Source: Obrimoposthia wandeli (lineage: Eukaryota). Taken from it: a DNA stretch of 64,000 bases. The translations under genes and the position numbers were made by a program. The notes under the pieces were generated by a model that saw only the letters and a list, made by a program, of their open reading frames with translations, searched no databases and was not told the DNA's origin. This document shows positions 38,101 to 53,100 of this stretch, in pieces. The stretch covers positions 1 through 64,000 of the forward strand of contig CDROCS010003826.1 of the NCBI GenBank assembly GCA_977020255.1, given 5' to 3'. The first letter of the stretch is position 1. The number at the start of each line of letters is the position of its first letter.

Positions 38101-41100
38101 ATGTATTTATTATAAAACGTATAGACCAACAATAGTAATAATCAATTGCTAAAACTATTTTTTCTGAGCACTTCGTCACAAAAATTCATGTATATAGGCC
38201 AGAAACATTTCATCGCTTGTGCCACACTTAAGTTTCTTTTTTGCTCGCATCCAAATGTTTTCAATAAGCGAGTATGGACAGTTGCATCATTTGGGTTGAC
38301 GAAAATTTACTTGTGGATCACGATATCGTGCATATAGACCCCAAGATCCATTTCAGCAAGCAAGTCATGTGAACGCCAAGCGTCTGACATGATTCGAGAT
38401 CCTGGTAGTATCCCTCTCCTTACTATCGGTTCTAGGGTTTGTCTACTACGATAAGGTACTTCAACCATACTTCAGCCTCTTTTAAAAAAACTTGCCCAAT
38501 CCATCACAGTATTACGATTAACATTAGCTTCATGCCCAATTTCAGTTTGAGGTTGATCTCTGGCCCAAAGATAATCAATTAAGATTAATTTCGGCAAAGG
38601 TAAATGACTTCTTTCAAAAAACGACCCTGCTCGTATTGAATGAATAAAGTTGCGTATTGAACTTTCACAGCGTCACCTGACTCCATCTACTCCTTGAAAA
38701 TAAGAGTTCAAGGAAAATGCAAGGCCACAAGTTAGGCAATTGACTGTATTTTTCAAGAGACGTCTTACTAACCATTCAATTACTAATGGTGCAGCTGCAG
38801 TTTCAGGCAAAAGATCAGATAACTTATGGGTTTTCATTCAACATATTCAACTAATTTGTTAACGAGGTTGGATTAAATTTCAGCATTATCAAATATTGAT
38901 GGAGTAATGTATTATATCTAGATTATTATCAAAGATTAAAACAAAATAATTTTCATCTTATTTTATTTCCGACGCTAAACTAAGAGGTTACCCATCGTAT
39001 ATCTTTTACAATTTGATTTACCATTTTACGGACCTAATATTTTACTGACAATTATTTTGTTAATATTTTGCATATGAATTAGATTTGTATTTTCACTTCC
39101 ATAACTCCCCATGTTAATAGTCATTTAAATTGCCGCTCAAGAAAAAGGTTAATAAACCGACACAAATATATTATTTAAGATCTCAGAATATGCTTATCAT
39201 AATTAGAAAATACTGCATACACAAACATAAATTTGAGCCTAATAAAGTTATTATAATTGAAATTTTAAAGGACATTTTTAAGAATACCAGGGTCATGATA
39301 AAAATAATGGACTTGTTTCAATTCTTCCGGATTGAAATTTTATGCAGTCCCTCATTAAATCAATTGAAATCTTTAATTATAGAAATAATCGGCTGTTTAA
39401 TATACAATGATTTTTACCAATTATAGTTGTTATCTGGATCATGAATGTGGGATATTCTCCAGTTAGCTAGTTGCTTCTGAGTATAAAACACTGGTTTGTA
39501 TAATTTCCGGGTTCGAAGAATATCGAATGAAAAATTAATCTTCATCACGCACACAGGCTCCACACATTGAACATTCAAAAAGGAGTTGTGGAGCCCAGAA
39601 TTTTTCAATTTCTGGCAACAAGAAAGAGACAAAATCTACAGATGTAGCAATACTGATGCAAGACACTTTACATAATAAATTAAAGTTTCTATCCGGTATA
39701 TAAATGGTACACGAACTGGAAGAATTAAGGGAGGCTGATGTCATTACATGTGGGCTCACCTTGCTGGTAAATGGGGGCGTGGTGGAAGGCCGTGTGTTGT
39801 TGCTGCTGATGCTGCTGCTGATGCTGCTGCATTTGGTGATGCTGCTGCTGCTGACTACCCTGCGTCTTGTGTGGGCTCTGCAGCAAGCCACCACCAGTGG
39901 TCTGTGGGGAGGGTGCCTGCGAGACGGACTCTGCGGCTGACTGGCTGGTCACTACTGCTGACGCCGCCATAAAGGAATCCGGTACCGGCCAACCTGCGGT
40001 TTGTTTAGCAGGACTAGAAGAAGGATATGGCGGCGGCGGTGGCGTTAATCTTGTTCCGTGTACTTGCTCCTGTGATAGCGCGTGCTGCCGGTTCAAGCTG
40101 TCGAGGTCAGCCACCAGGGAGCCTTGCGTGTCCACCGGGGCTTTGGTCACACCGTACTGCTGCTGCTGCAACATCCCGGGCTGCTGACACATCATCACTG
40201 AATGTGGTGAAACTTGTGGTGGTGGCGGCTGTTGCTGTTGAGGATCTGGACAGCCACACCATCGATACAGTTATTCTTGGAAAAGTACGCATCCACCCAG
40301 CTAGTGTGTAGCTCAAATATAAAAAATATATGTATTCAGAGTCAGATTCCCTTTCAATATCGTTTCATAGTGCCATATTCACCTACACTCAGTCTGTGTG
40401 TGCAAAATAATGCACGAAGCTGCACCAAATCCGCTTTGTAAAAGAAATATTTATTGTGACTACATGTTGCACTCTCATACTCATGTACAAGGACAGCCGT
40501 TCTTACTTCACCTGTAAGTGCAATTCAAAATGGATATATTAATTAAGTTTACGAATGTATTTTCTTGTGTTTATTCTATTAGTACAGAAATCGCAATTAG
40601 TACTATAGTAAATGTCAATTATATCTATTTATGTTTGCATAATCAGGTAAAAATAATTTATAAAATGGAGATATTTGAAATGTACTATGTAATTTGATTT
40701 TAAATTAAGATAAGAAATATTATAATCTTTGAAACATTTTCTGTCACGTTGTTTAAATACACCAATCAATATTTATTTCTGATACTACAAATATTTTAGA
40801 TGACAACAAAAAATTGAATTTTAATAACTTTCTATTGAAGACCATTCTACATATTTATTGTATATGGGATTCAGAGTCAAATTATCCCTAAATCAAAAAT
40901 AAGATATATTTTTCTGCTATTATAGTTTTTACAATTTTGTTATCAATTGACACATTGTTGTGCATAAACTGTCGATTTGTTGATATGACGTTTCTCTGTG
41001 TTGCAACTGTAGATAATGTTTGTGCGAGAATGTTGGAGTGGGTAGGGAAATTGTGTGCAGAAAGTTGGAGTATGTACCGAATCCTCGATTGAGACCAGCG

Positions 41101-44100
41101 CCAGGAGCTGCAGAGAGTTGCTGGAGCTGCCAGGCGATCTGACTGGGACGCTGAGGCTGCTGCTGTCTGTGTTGGACGGAGGCAGCGGCAGCAGCAGCCT
41201 GAGCTGTAACAGTGCTAGTGGTGGGAGAGACACTACTCATCTGAGGAGTAGTGGTGGCAGTGACGGGAACTGGCGGGAGTGGCGCCGACAACGGCTGGAA
41301 GCGCCGCAACGCCCCAGAAGGCATAAAGGGGGATGCCATCTCCAAGAGACCAGAGTCAGCCACAGGAGCAGATGCCGCCTGAGTAGTTGGCAGGAAGGAG
41401 AGTCTTTTCTTGGTCCCAGTGGCCGCCTCGCACTGCTGCTGGTGTTGCTGGGGCCGCGATGCAGATGTTGTAGACGACGAGCTGGAGCCAGTGTCAAGGC
41501 TGGACGGACCTAGATGAGTCTCGATGTCGGTGACGGTCAGCTCAGGCAGTGTTGCCCGGCATGGCGAATGGCTGCTGCTGCTCATTGCGGCACTGCTGAC
41601 GGCTGTACAGCCTACGGTAGTGGTGGCAGCCGCACTGGTGGCCTTCGGCGGCTCGTCATATAAACTAAACTCCGAGAACAAGTCTACATCGAGCAGCATC
41701 TCGTCTGTGTTGATCTCTTCGAAAGGCAGTGCTGGGTTGCTGCCACTGACACTGCTACTCGAGAGCGATTGGTGATTCTGCATGTTAGTCTGCTGTGGCT
41801 GCTGCGACTGGTGCTGCTGAGATGACTGGGTTGTAGCCTGACCCGATGCAGTCTGCGGTGAGTAAAGTTATTAAACATGATCATTTTAGACCCAGTTTAG
41901 GTTCATTTACATGGAAGGGTTTCTTGGCCATTTTATGTTCCCCGTTAGATTATCATCAGGTAGATGTATTTTTGTTTCTAGGTTGAGTGCAATGAATTAA
42001 ATCATGTTGATTCACGTTCCTTTGATAACACAAGCATCTACTCACCTCTCTGTTGTTGGCCATGCTGGCGGCAGAAGGCGGAGGTAACAGCAGCAACATC
42101 TCTATGGTGGCACCATCTTGGTCGCTATGGTCACTGCCCAAGTCTGCCCCACCACATAGGTCCTCTGAGGAGCCCAGCGGGTCCAGCGACTCCTGGCCGT
42201 CTTGCGACTCTAATTGACAACCGACTACTGAGACTCCCAAGAACGCCTGCATCAGGTAGTCCGGATAAGTTTCCTCGATTTCACTGCGCTTTTTGGGAGG
42301 CCTGCGTCTTCCCGGTCGTCCTTGTGTGGAACCGGCCTGGCATGTCGCAGAGAAGTTGTCGGCGTTGGGGCCGCTGTAATCGGCTTGGCGACGCGCCTGA
42401 CTGACGCGTGTAGACTTGGCCCTGAATCCACCAACTCCCAGGTTGGACATGCGCCGGTTGCGAGGCATTCCTATTGCCGACTGCTTTCCACTGGCGCCCG
42501 ACTTGTGCAACAGCAGTCCGGGTGTCACTGATGCAGTAGGAGCACTCACTTGGCTACTCGTACAGACACTCTGTACCTCTGAGCCGTCGTCGGACTGTAC
42601 ACTGGGGCTCTTGCACTCCGTCGAGTGGAGGGAGTCATCGTCCATGTTCTACATGTGCGGGTATGGAAGGGATTTTCAGATTCAGGAAGATGGACATATA
42701 TTGAGGGAGATGGAGGGAGACATGCTTAAATGAATGCGGTGACTCACTTGAGTGTGTGCCGACACCGACTGAGGGGTCTGAGCACTACCCAAGCTAGTCT
42801 GCGACTGACCACCAGCAGCACAAGTGGCGCTAACAGAACCCTCTGCGGACGGCTCCAGTTTGATGTGTTTGCTGCTCTCCTGATCCGTGTCTACACATTA
42901 GAATATGAGAGCAGTGAAACACTTGCACAGATAGAGCAGAATATATACCAAGTGAGGAGGCCTTCTGTGCACGCTTTAGGGCTGCTGATGAGCTCTTGCG
43001 GGGTTGAGTCTTGAGCATAGCAGCTCGCACCGTGTTCAGCCCTGCTTCACTGAGGACCACGTTGTCCATGAAAAAGTTTCTGGTAGAAAGAAAAATGTTG
43101 ATAAGTAATTTTTTATTAATTTTAATTTATTTTCAAAAATCCAAAGATCAAATTGTTTACATAACTATTTATTGAAACTTTCAAATTCAAAGATCCAAAA
43201 GATATATCTATTTTAAAATTCAAATCTGAAAATGGTTATATTTCAACATTTGAAAAAGATGCGTTACTGTAGTATTCAAATTTTCTATAGCATAATTTCA
43301 GTAGCCGCAACCTCCAAATAAGTAACTCTCCCTCAGAGTCTGTGAGCTTCTTTGTGTATTGTATGGTTAGGTCAAAAAGAGTAGACTTACTTGGAGGGGT
43401 CTGGAGACTGCGGCTCGTCACAGACGATGGCGGGGTCTAGTGAGCTGGAGAATGTCTACATGCGTTAAAGAGGTATGTTAAGGGGGTATGTGAGTCCCAG
43501 ACTACTCACCGCGCGGTCAGCGATCAGAGCCTGGGTGACTGCCTCGCCGTGACTGGCCCGCAATTGCAACAGTTGTCGATGCCCTGCACCCACGCCCAGC
43601 GCCTTGTCCTCGCGCCGGCACAATACACAGTGATAACCACCGCTCTCAAACACGAACTCCAGCTCTGCTTCACTCCCCAACCGGTCGCAGGTTGCATGGC
43701 TTGCTCTTGAGCACACGTCACAGTACACCAGCAGGTCACCCTCCGCGTATGGACCAGCCTGGCACACGCCACACCGCAGACGGGAGGCACAAGGCCCACA
43801 TGTGGTGTAGTTGTGCTGCCAGTGGCAGTGCGGCCCGGGATCTCGCCGCCCGCAGAAGAGGCACACAACACAGTTCTGGCACTTCCAGCTGCCCTGCATG
43901 TTTGATACCACAAGATAAATATTGACTCGATGTATTCCCACGAACACCCAATTTTGACACAATAGATCACATGATCATTAAATCATTAAAATCCCTTGGA
44001 AACTAGAAAATATATTATAAATTGTTACCTTGGGGACTTCTCGAAGCGGCGGGTCAAGGCAGAACGTGTGGTAACTGATGTCACAGTCATCGCAAAGCAG

Positions 44101-47100
44101 GAGCAGCGATTCGTCTGAAGCCCTGCCGCAACCCTCACAGACAGTGCAGTCGAGACAACGCCAGCCCTTCTCCAAGACCACTCGAGACAACTTGCCCACC
44201 TACAACACGATCACTACATCATATAACGCTCTGCAACCAATTACAGCTCATATCAGCTTTGATTGGTATATATGTAACATATGTAAATAACGTAGATAAA
44301 TTTCTTTACATTTACACAAAACATTCCTTAAATACATTCCGAGTGGCGGTAGACGTAAATATGTTCTGAGATAATGTGAAAAGTTACAAACAATTTGGAA
44401 AACCAGACCTTCCTGGAAATGCCTGAAATTTCCACAACAACTTGAAGCATTTTAATGAAATGCAGTCGAATCAATGGACGATTTTTTTTCAAATTTAATT
44501 CATAATATACAAGGCGATTCAAAATTACTGTATCAACTTCAATTAACAGTAATTCATAAAATACAGTTGGTAGGCATGGAAAAATATTTATAAAAAGATG
44601 TTGCATGTATACAAGCCGTATTTTGTGATTTATCAGTAATTGAAGTTGGCAATTATTTTAATTCTCCCTGTATTAAAAAATGAATTTTATATTTGGATAG
44701 GTTCATTTTGAAACAGTTTATGATAAAGATACAAAATACGATTGGAACTGCACACAGATATCATCAAAATACCGAAGAGCAATGGTCAAGAATCGTTTAA
44801 AATAATAAATTAATGCTTTCACGCCAGATGCCTTATAAAAATGGAATAAATTTATCAAACCAGATGCAAAACGAGTATTTTTGTTTTCGTTATTCACATT
44901 TTTAGTTGTCGAGCGTTAAAACTCTATTTTAATAGTACTAAAAACCCTTCATTCCATTCATTGAAATATCATGGTTTACTGACGTTCAATTTATTTCACT
45001 AAATATATTTGTCTGACTCTGGAAAGTAAATAACATAACTCAGAAAAACAACCAAACGGTATAAAGATATTCAATTGGAAAATCAACTAACTGCCAATTG
45101 TTATTCCTTTTTTCTGCAGGGCAATATTTTCGATGTTTCTATACTCTTCTCTTTTCAGTTAACTCAATTTATATAAAAGTTATTTCTTGTCATATAGAAA
45201 TTTCATTTTGTTCCCAAAACAATTTTCGATATAATTCACACTTAATTCAATCCATAAATGAGAAAATTTTACACTGTTTAATAAGCCTTCCATACCCTAT
45301 TCATTAAACTTTTGAAAAGCAGCAACATTTAATTATAATTTCCCAAAAAATCAGTAACATGTGTACGTGTTCACTTTATCGCATTGAGCTTAATTTTACC
45401 GCCTCGGACTAGCCTGGATTACAAGCGAGACCGAATGTGATAGGAAAATTGATATTACAGGACACCAACCTCGGCGCAATATGAGTGGTAGCACTGTCCA
45501 CATTGGACACAGCAGAGCAGCGGAGAGTCCAGCCCGATGGAGCCACACGAGACACAGATGTCTTGCTCCATGACGTACGCGTTGTCAGACCGGTACACGA
45601 CCAGGGTGCTCGGATGCTCATCCTTCTCGTCACTGTTCTTGGTTTCGCACTGTACACGTGGTCACATAACAAGCGCTGATTACAAAGCGCACCAGGAAAA
45701 CAATCCATATAATTAGGAAATGCATCTAGGGATCGATTTTTGCACTTCGATTACGACAAAACTAATTTACGTACCAAAGAAATTTAATTATGATTTTATG
45801 TCTAAAAAGAAATTGACATTTTCTATATTGAAGGTACTGAAGATTCTAAAGAGATACTATGGAAAATGATTTTACAGATATAGATTATAAAATACCGATC
45901 TATACAGAGGTTGTTCTAAAACTTAAGATTGCAAAATAAGCAGGCAATACGCATATATATAGAGAGAATGGAGAAAATAACACAAGGCCTCAAATGCAAG
46001 ACGAATCAGAAAATATACAATGCTTAATGACATTTCACGAAAGTATCAGCGTAGCACTGCAGTCAGAACGCTTCGTATAGACCTATTCATTTCTTTCAGG
46101 AGATTTCGCCCTTTACTTTTAATGTCGAACAGAGTAGAAAATCCTTTCTCATACAAATACATTGATGGAAATGCGATTAATACATGTAAAATAAAAGTGT
46201 AATCCAAATTTTTCACAAAACTCCTTCCGCATCTGGCAGGCCGCGGCACACCATTTGGGAACCATTGGTCTAAAGAATAACATATTAATAAATCAGTCAT
46301 GTACATGACTTAGTAAAACATTTGAATTTTTCTAAACAGAAAGTTGAAGTACTTGGCTCACGTTTGCAACATAATCTATTAGAAACCAATACAATCGTTT
46401 AATAATTTCGTAACAGATTGTACCTAATAATTTATTGTTATAACTAAATATACAGTTTCATATGTATGTCAAATCGTTATCTTGATTAATAACATGTGTT
46501 TTTCTGACCATGTCGATATCTCAAAATCTTGGCAAGATGGAATTTATTAAAAACCTTTTTGTAATAAGCTAACACATTTAGATAAAAAATTTGAAATATG
46601 GTAGAGAAAAATAAAAGTGAATATTTTGTAAATTTCTTAGTTTTCAAGACGTTCCCGTCAAATGAAGTCAACCATAATATGGCAAGACCAATGATAAGAT
46701 GAATGTTTTGAGGAATTATCCAGAAAAGCTTGTACGTGGAAGAAAATATTATCCGAGTCTATAAGGAAACGTCAAAACCTTCTTTAACAAAGGAGAGAAT
46801 TTTGACAGCAGGTTTTGGAACATGGTCTCAGCGAAGACGTCATGAAATATATTATAGATAACTTGATGAATACAGATATACATTGAAAGAATTGAAGCTG
46901 GGCAGTATAAAAGATTTATAGAAATATTAAAAATGGTTTCAGAAAATTTCAGGAAAAATTTCAAGGAAAAGTTTTTTTGAACAATGAGCTGTAAATTTTA
47001 AAAAAATTAAAGATTTTCCATGATCAGTCAACTTGCCAGATTATTTTGTTAGAAAAAAAAGTTTTTATTGACAAAGGCACTACATGGCCGAAATATATCT

Positions 47101-50100
47101 GAAGCAAATGGGTAAATACATTTTACACTGTGATGACCGCCACATTAGACATTCTATCAAATGTTATTGAAATTCGACAAAGAAACAAGAATATGAACGC
47201 AACATGAAATATCAAACTGCAACGACATAGACTATTACTTTGACGGTCCAATACCGCCTCTCGTCGATCCAGCGAATGAACCTGAACTGCGAGGTGCTCA
47301 AAGCCAGCACGTAGTTACAAAACATGCACCAACAATCATAGAAACTGAACAAGGCAACCGCCACAATGAATGATAGCAACCTGTGGATTCATGATCTGAA
47401 TTGTCTTCTTCTAGATAGACTGGATAAATACATCGAGGAAAACTGCTACTTACTATGGACGGCTTGCGAGTCTTGACTCTCCTTGTTCGCTTGGTGTTGA
47501 TGGCTCCAGACCGCTTTACGGAAGACGCTTTGCCACCAGCGCTCTGAAATGAGGAAAAGCCAGGTGAATGAGACTGCGATCTTGGCAGATTCGTGTTGAA
47601 TAAAACTGCAGCACATCACTATCAGCACCGGATTTAGGAGGTCCCGGGTAAAATCTGCAGGGAAACTAGATAGAGATCTGATGCTGACAATGACCTACTG
47701 ACCAACTGGACAGAACGTTAACGAAAATAACGATCAAACAGTGCTAGTCTAACAATGTAGAAAAGCGAGTAGAGGTTGGTGTTCTTCAGTCTCATGTGGT
47801 ACTTGTTATTGGTCTGAAATAGAGTGCAGTGGAGAATGAATCGTGACGGCGCATTGTGAACAAAGACTAATGGTGTACATTCAGCACTGACCAACCGTAC
47901 AACTTGTCATTTAGGTTCATTTTGGAATGAGTAGGATCAAATTAGTACCACTAAAATGACTTATCTTACCAAATTTAGTGGACGACGACACGAAATACAT
48001 CAGCTGTTTTGAAATTACCCAAAGAAAAACATGTTTAATGCAATCGTAAAATTAATAAACTGTAAGAACTGTATTGTGACTAAAATTTGCACTAAAAAAT
48101 GTATAAAAACCAAAAATAAAAAGTGATTGTTGTTCAGGATGAAGATTGAACAATTTTCATGCAAAAGTGCCACACCGAGTACAAATCGAATTTAATCTTC
48201 TTAGTCCATATTGCTATGTACAGGAGTGTCCTCACCGCCATTCTTTTGGACCTATATTCACTTGCTGTAGCCAATCAGCTCCATCATGCAGCAGTGCTAT
48301 TCAAAGTAGGGTACTCGAAGAGTTTTTAGAAAGGGAAAGAGTAGTCTCATTTCACACAACGAAATGCTGTCGAAATATCTAACTCGTGTTTCTTTTTACA
48401 ATGTCACTTAAGAATTATTATATACGGAAAAAGAAAATTTAAAAAAGTGTTTTAAAGAAGGTTTCTATATTCAACTTTAAATAGCTGTTGTTAAAATTTT
48501 CAGCTAAATTGGATATGATTAATAATAAAAGTATCTGTAATATTTGTTTGAATTTAGTAAATTATAATTTTTTCATCTCAAAAAATGTAAAACTTATCTT
48601 ACTCTTGGTTTTATACATTTTTATATCCCATATGTAAAGGTGGCAAAACAAGGTCCAAAGAACATGTTTATCAAACCGAGGCCTATGATTTTGAACACAC
48701 AAATAATTCTGAAGTATTGCCAATAAAAATAATTTGTACTGGTTTTACCCAGAAATACGTATCATCATACATTCAATTCGGATTTTGTAGCCACATATGA
48801 TGGGTACTGCAATGTGTTATTTCTAGAAATGTGTGAACCGACCACTCAATGAAGCCATCAAATCTCAAGAGACATCTGAATACAAACACAAAGAAATGAG
48901 TTCAAAAACAAAAGAGTTCTTTGAAAGACAGCATTTAAATTTAAAAGATCGTCAGAAACAGATCTTTGACTGTCACGTCCTAATACCTGTGTTTAGTCAG
49001 CTTCTTATAAAGTAGCACATCGAGTGCTAAAGTTCAAAGGTCATACACAAAAGGTGAGACACTAGTGATAGGCTGTATTAAAAATGTTTGCATGAAAATG
49101 CTGGCCAAGCGAAGGCAAGAAAAGCAGCACACAGGTTCCCTTTCAAATGACAGGAAATTTCGAAGAATTTATGATCTGGCGCTTGAAATGGAAGATCACC
49201 TCATAGGAAATATTAAATTAGCAAAGTATCTGTCTTTACAGCTTGATGAATCTACAGACGCTGTTAATCAGCCAGTTTTGATGGTGAATGTGCACTTTAA
49301 TATAAATATGAAGTGAAAGAATTTTTACTCTGCTTCACAACTTACAAAAACAATTAGCTCTGAAGTGTTCAAGAATGTGAACGACTACATCGTTAACAAA
49401 TGTGGGATTGATTTCAGGTCTTGTGTAGAGATATGCACAGATGGCGCTGTCACAATGACTGGACAACGTTCAGCAGTGATTATTCAGATAAATGCCCTTC
49501 CTCAGAATGCAGCTCAACACACTGCTTCCTTAACGAGAAAATATTGTCAAAAAATAAATGTTGTAAAAGAAAATGCATTAAATCCAAGTTTATCTACTGC
49601 ATTATGTGGCAAAATGGGAACTGATCTTATCTTATCGTTGGTTATCTCAGGAAATTGTTTTTTCAACAGTATTTAGCTACAAAACAAACTGCAAAGTTTT
49701 CTTCATTACAAAATCCCAATCGGTCACCATTATTCTGAAATGTGGATTGGCTTGCCAAGCTGGCTTATTTGGCTGATATCTTTGCCATCTTTGAATATCT
49801 CAACCCATACATGCCACGAAAGATAGCAGCGTGTTTTACAATGGCAGACAACATCGACGGGCAAAAGCCATAAGCATGGAAGAATTAAGTGGTAATAGAT
49901 TGTTCTTAAATGTTTGATCAAACGATATACGAAATTTAATCAAAGAACACTTAATTAATATAGCACGTCAGTTTCAGCATTACTCTACTTTTTTCTTTCG
50001 CAACATCAAAGAGCCACCCCTTAACCTCGTGGGACTTCTGTGTAGCCAGAGCTGCAGCAACGTCCGCCCATAGTTACTGGTGGCGGTGTAACACTAGTGG

Positions 50101-53100
50101 ATGAAACTCACTTTGGACTTGCCCTTGCTGCCACCTGTATTCGTGGTGCCCGAGGACGTGTGACTGTTGGGCTTCTTCTTCTGATCGCAACAGACAGAGC
50201 CGACACTGGCTGATGATGTTGCCGCTGCCGCCACAGCTGAGGATGGCTTATCTCGACCCCCTCCGCTAGTGGGCTGTGGGAACTTGCTGGAGCTGGAGCC
50301 ACTGGAGCTTGATGTGCTGGCAGTTCCAGGGCCGGAAGCGGCAGTAGCAGCGGCACTGGGTCCACAACTGTTGGCTTGGCAATAAGTTTGTGGAGTGGTG
50401 CTTCCACTGACGGTACTGCTGTCGTCAATGCTGTTGCTCCTGTAGCCACCAGCCCCCGACAAGCCACCGGTACTCACCACACACGAGGATGACGACACAA
50501 GGCATGACGATGGCACTAGCATCCGTTCCGGAAGTGGGTCGAAATCGGAGGGAGAAGCCCCTACTGGCATGCCGACATCCAGAATGACCTCGTCATTGTC
50601 ATCCAGATCGTCGAGGTCCTCGTCACATGGCAGCTCCTCAGCACAATAACTTCCCGGCATGGGGCTTGTCCGTGTAGAGGCAGCCTACAAAAACGAACCA
50701 GTCATTCACATTCAATTTTATCAGCTGCCACACGTGCAGACAGTCCATATGTCCAGATATGTGCACTTACATCACTGGGCGTGGCGGATCCACGAGTCCT
50801 ACATGCCAGGCAGCTGTAGCCGGACCCAGTCCCCGACAATCCCTGACCATCATCAGTCGGTGTGATTTGCATGGGATTATTTGAGGCCGATGTAACTGTA
50901 GGGCCACCACCGTTTCCGCTGGAGCTTGACCCAAATGAGGAGTAGACTGGAGACGAGGTGCTGGTGCCGGCCGCAGTGAGAGATGACGGCCAGGCAGGAT
51001 CGCAGTCGCTGTGCACCATCTTGTGACACTTGCCACAGCGCCGACCTGGCCATTTGTTAGTGTTGGTTGTCTGCGTCACAAACAATTTAGATTGGTTTAA
51101 AATGTGATGAAAAAATGGAATATTATTTAAGAGATTTTGATAGTAATAAATCAACATTAAGAAAATGAAATATAAAGATGTCTCAAAATGTGAAATAAAA
51201 GGTTTAAACCAAACGAAAGTTGATAGAAAATAATAAGTTAATATTTATTACAAACAAACAGTAATGTTGAAACGAGAAAAAAAATCATTCCATTCCAAAC
51301 ACACATATGACAACGAACAGCAACCTTGAGCATGATGGAACACCGCCAGGATCTGTCACAAACACCACAAATGGAGTGGCCCCTACGACGCGTCTGTGCA
51401 CAGCGGTCGCAAAGCGTATAGTTGTTGTGCCACCGCATCGTGTTGGCTACACCACTTCCCGCGATGGCCGGCATCTGTGATTGAGGAAAGTTGAAATATA
51501 TACTACACGTATGAAATTCTACTCAGTTAAATCGAGCATTGTTCTGAGGTACGTCTGCTTTCTAAGCAACTCACATTGGTTTTGTGACGCGACGAGAGAC
51601 CGCAGTCGTTGCAGACGCGACAAGAATCGCACTTCCAGCCATTCTTGGGAATCGAGCTCATTGGTGGCTGCAAACAGTACGTGTGGAAGCCCTTGTCGCA
51701 GATGTCACACACCAACATCTTCTTCTCGTCTTTGCTCTCGCTGCAACGGTCTTTATTAACACTGCACTCCACAAGTTATACAGTACCGACTTATCAATTA
51801 TTAGTAATCAAGTAAGATAAATTTTCGAAATGTTGAACTCATACAGATTTTCTTAATAGTGTTAGGGTGATTTAAGTGTATTCAAAATATTTAAAGGCAG
51901 CCTTTATTTCATTCTACATTGTAAAATAAATAATGTTTTAAAATAATTTAAATAATATTTTATATATAATTGTTTTTGAAATAACTTATTTGTCTATATC
52001 AAACAATTTGATAAAAATAGGCGTAAAATATAAATAAAGGTAACGACGCAATTAGACATGTCACAGAGAGCTTAAAAAATAAAAATTATATATCTTTGGT
52101 ATTCGAGCCTTTTTCAATTATTTACTATTTGTGCTGTTCCACTTAAAAAGCTGCCGGCAGATAAACTTAAAGTATCTTTTAAATTTATCATAAGAGTTTA
52201 AATGGAATTTTATTACGTTATAAAATATTTTGTCTAATTAATATTATATTTAGAAAATTTGAGATGACCTTAAATTGTATTAGCACAAACATTGTATATA
52301 AATTGTACATACACCATTCTTAGTTTATATCAAAGTTCCAGAGCATACCTAGAGAACCATTCACTGAACCCTCTGACATCTTTGTGGAACCCAAAACATT
52401 GTTTGTTCGTACTAACCTGCAGACGAGACATATCTTGCACTCAGCGCACTGCCAACCGGTCCGTACTGTGGGGCTAAGCAACAGTGGCGGCTCCAGACAA
52501 CTACTGTGGTAGTGCTGGCCGCAACTGGTGCACAATATCAGATCTGTCACCTCACCGCGACTCTCGCATAACGAACACATAGACCGCTCATCTGCATGTC
52601 AGACAATGTTAAAAATGCCACTACAACACAACATTTTCACTGTCTTTCAGATCAATAGAAAATGAGTTTTAAAAAATAAAATAATATATAATGTTCAAAA
52701 TATTATTTTTTTGAATTTTGTCAAAATATTTCAACAAACGAAACTAAAATGGTTTGTGGGAATAAAATTGTACAGGTTTGCTCTAAAACCGTATTTAGAA
52801 AGTAATATAAATTGTAAAATCTCAATGTAAAACATTGACGCGAGGTTGAAAAAGCCATCTCGTGAGATTGATAGGTGTGTTTGATAATTGAAGAGCTCAC
52901 TTGTGAAGTCGGCGTCATCCAAGTGGAGCGGACACCAGACTCGATACAGGTCGTGGTCTTGGAAGCAACCAGCAGCGGAGGCACACATGAAGTGGAATCT
53001 GCGCTCGCAGTCGAGCACTTGACACACAAGCGTGGCCCCAGACTTGAGACAGAAACAACACAGCCGCTTGGTGCTGGCCGCGATCAAACCATAGAGGCAC

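Noticed and set aside
47170-47900. Intermediate-GC intronic block
   Set aside because: No in-phase splice sites or recognisable domain; exons 7 and 8 join without it.
35124-52580. Many overlapping short ORFs in the track around GC-rich exons
   Set aside because: Shadow ORFs from stop-poor GC-rich exon sequence; only the in-phase minus frame carries conserved motifs.
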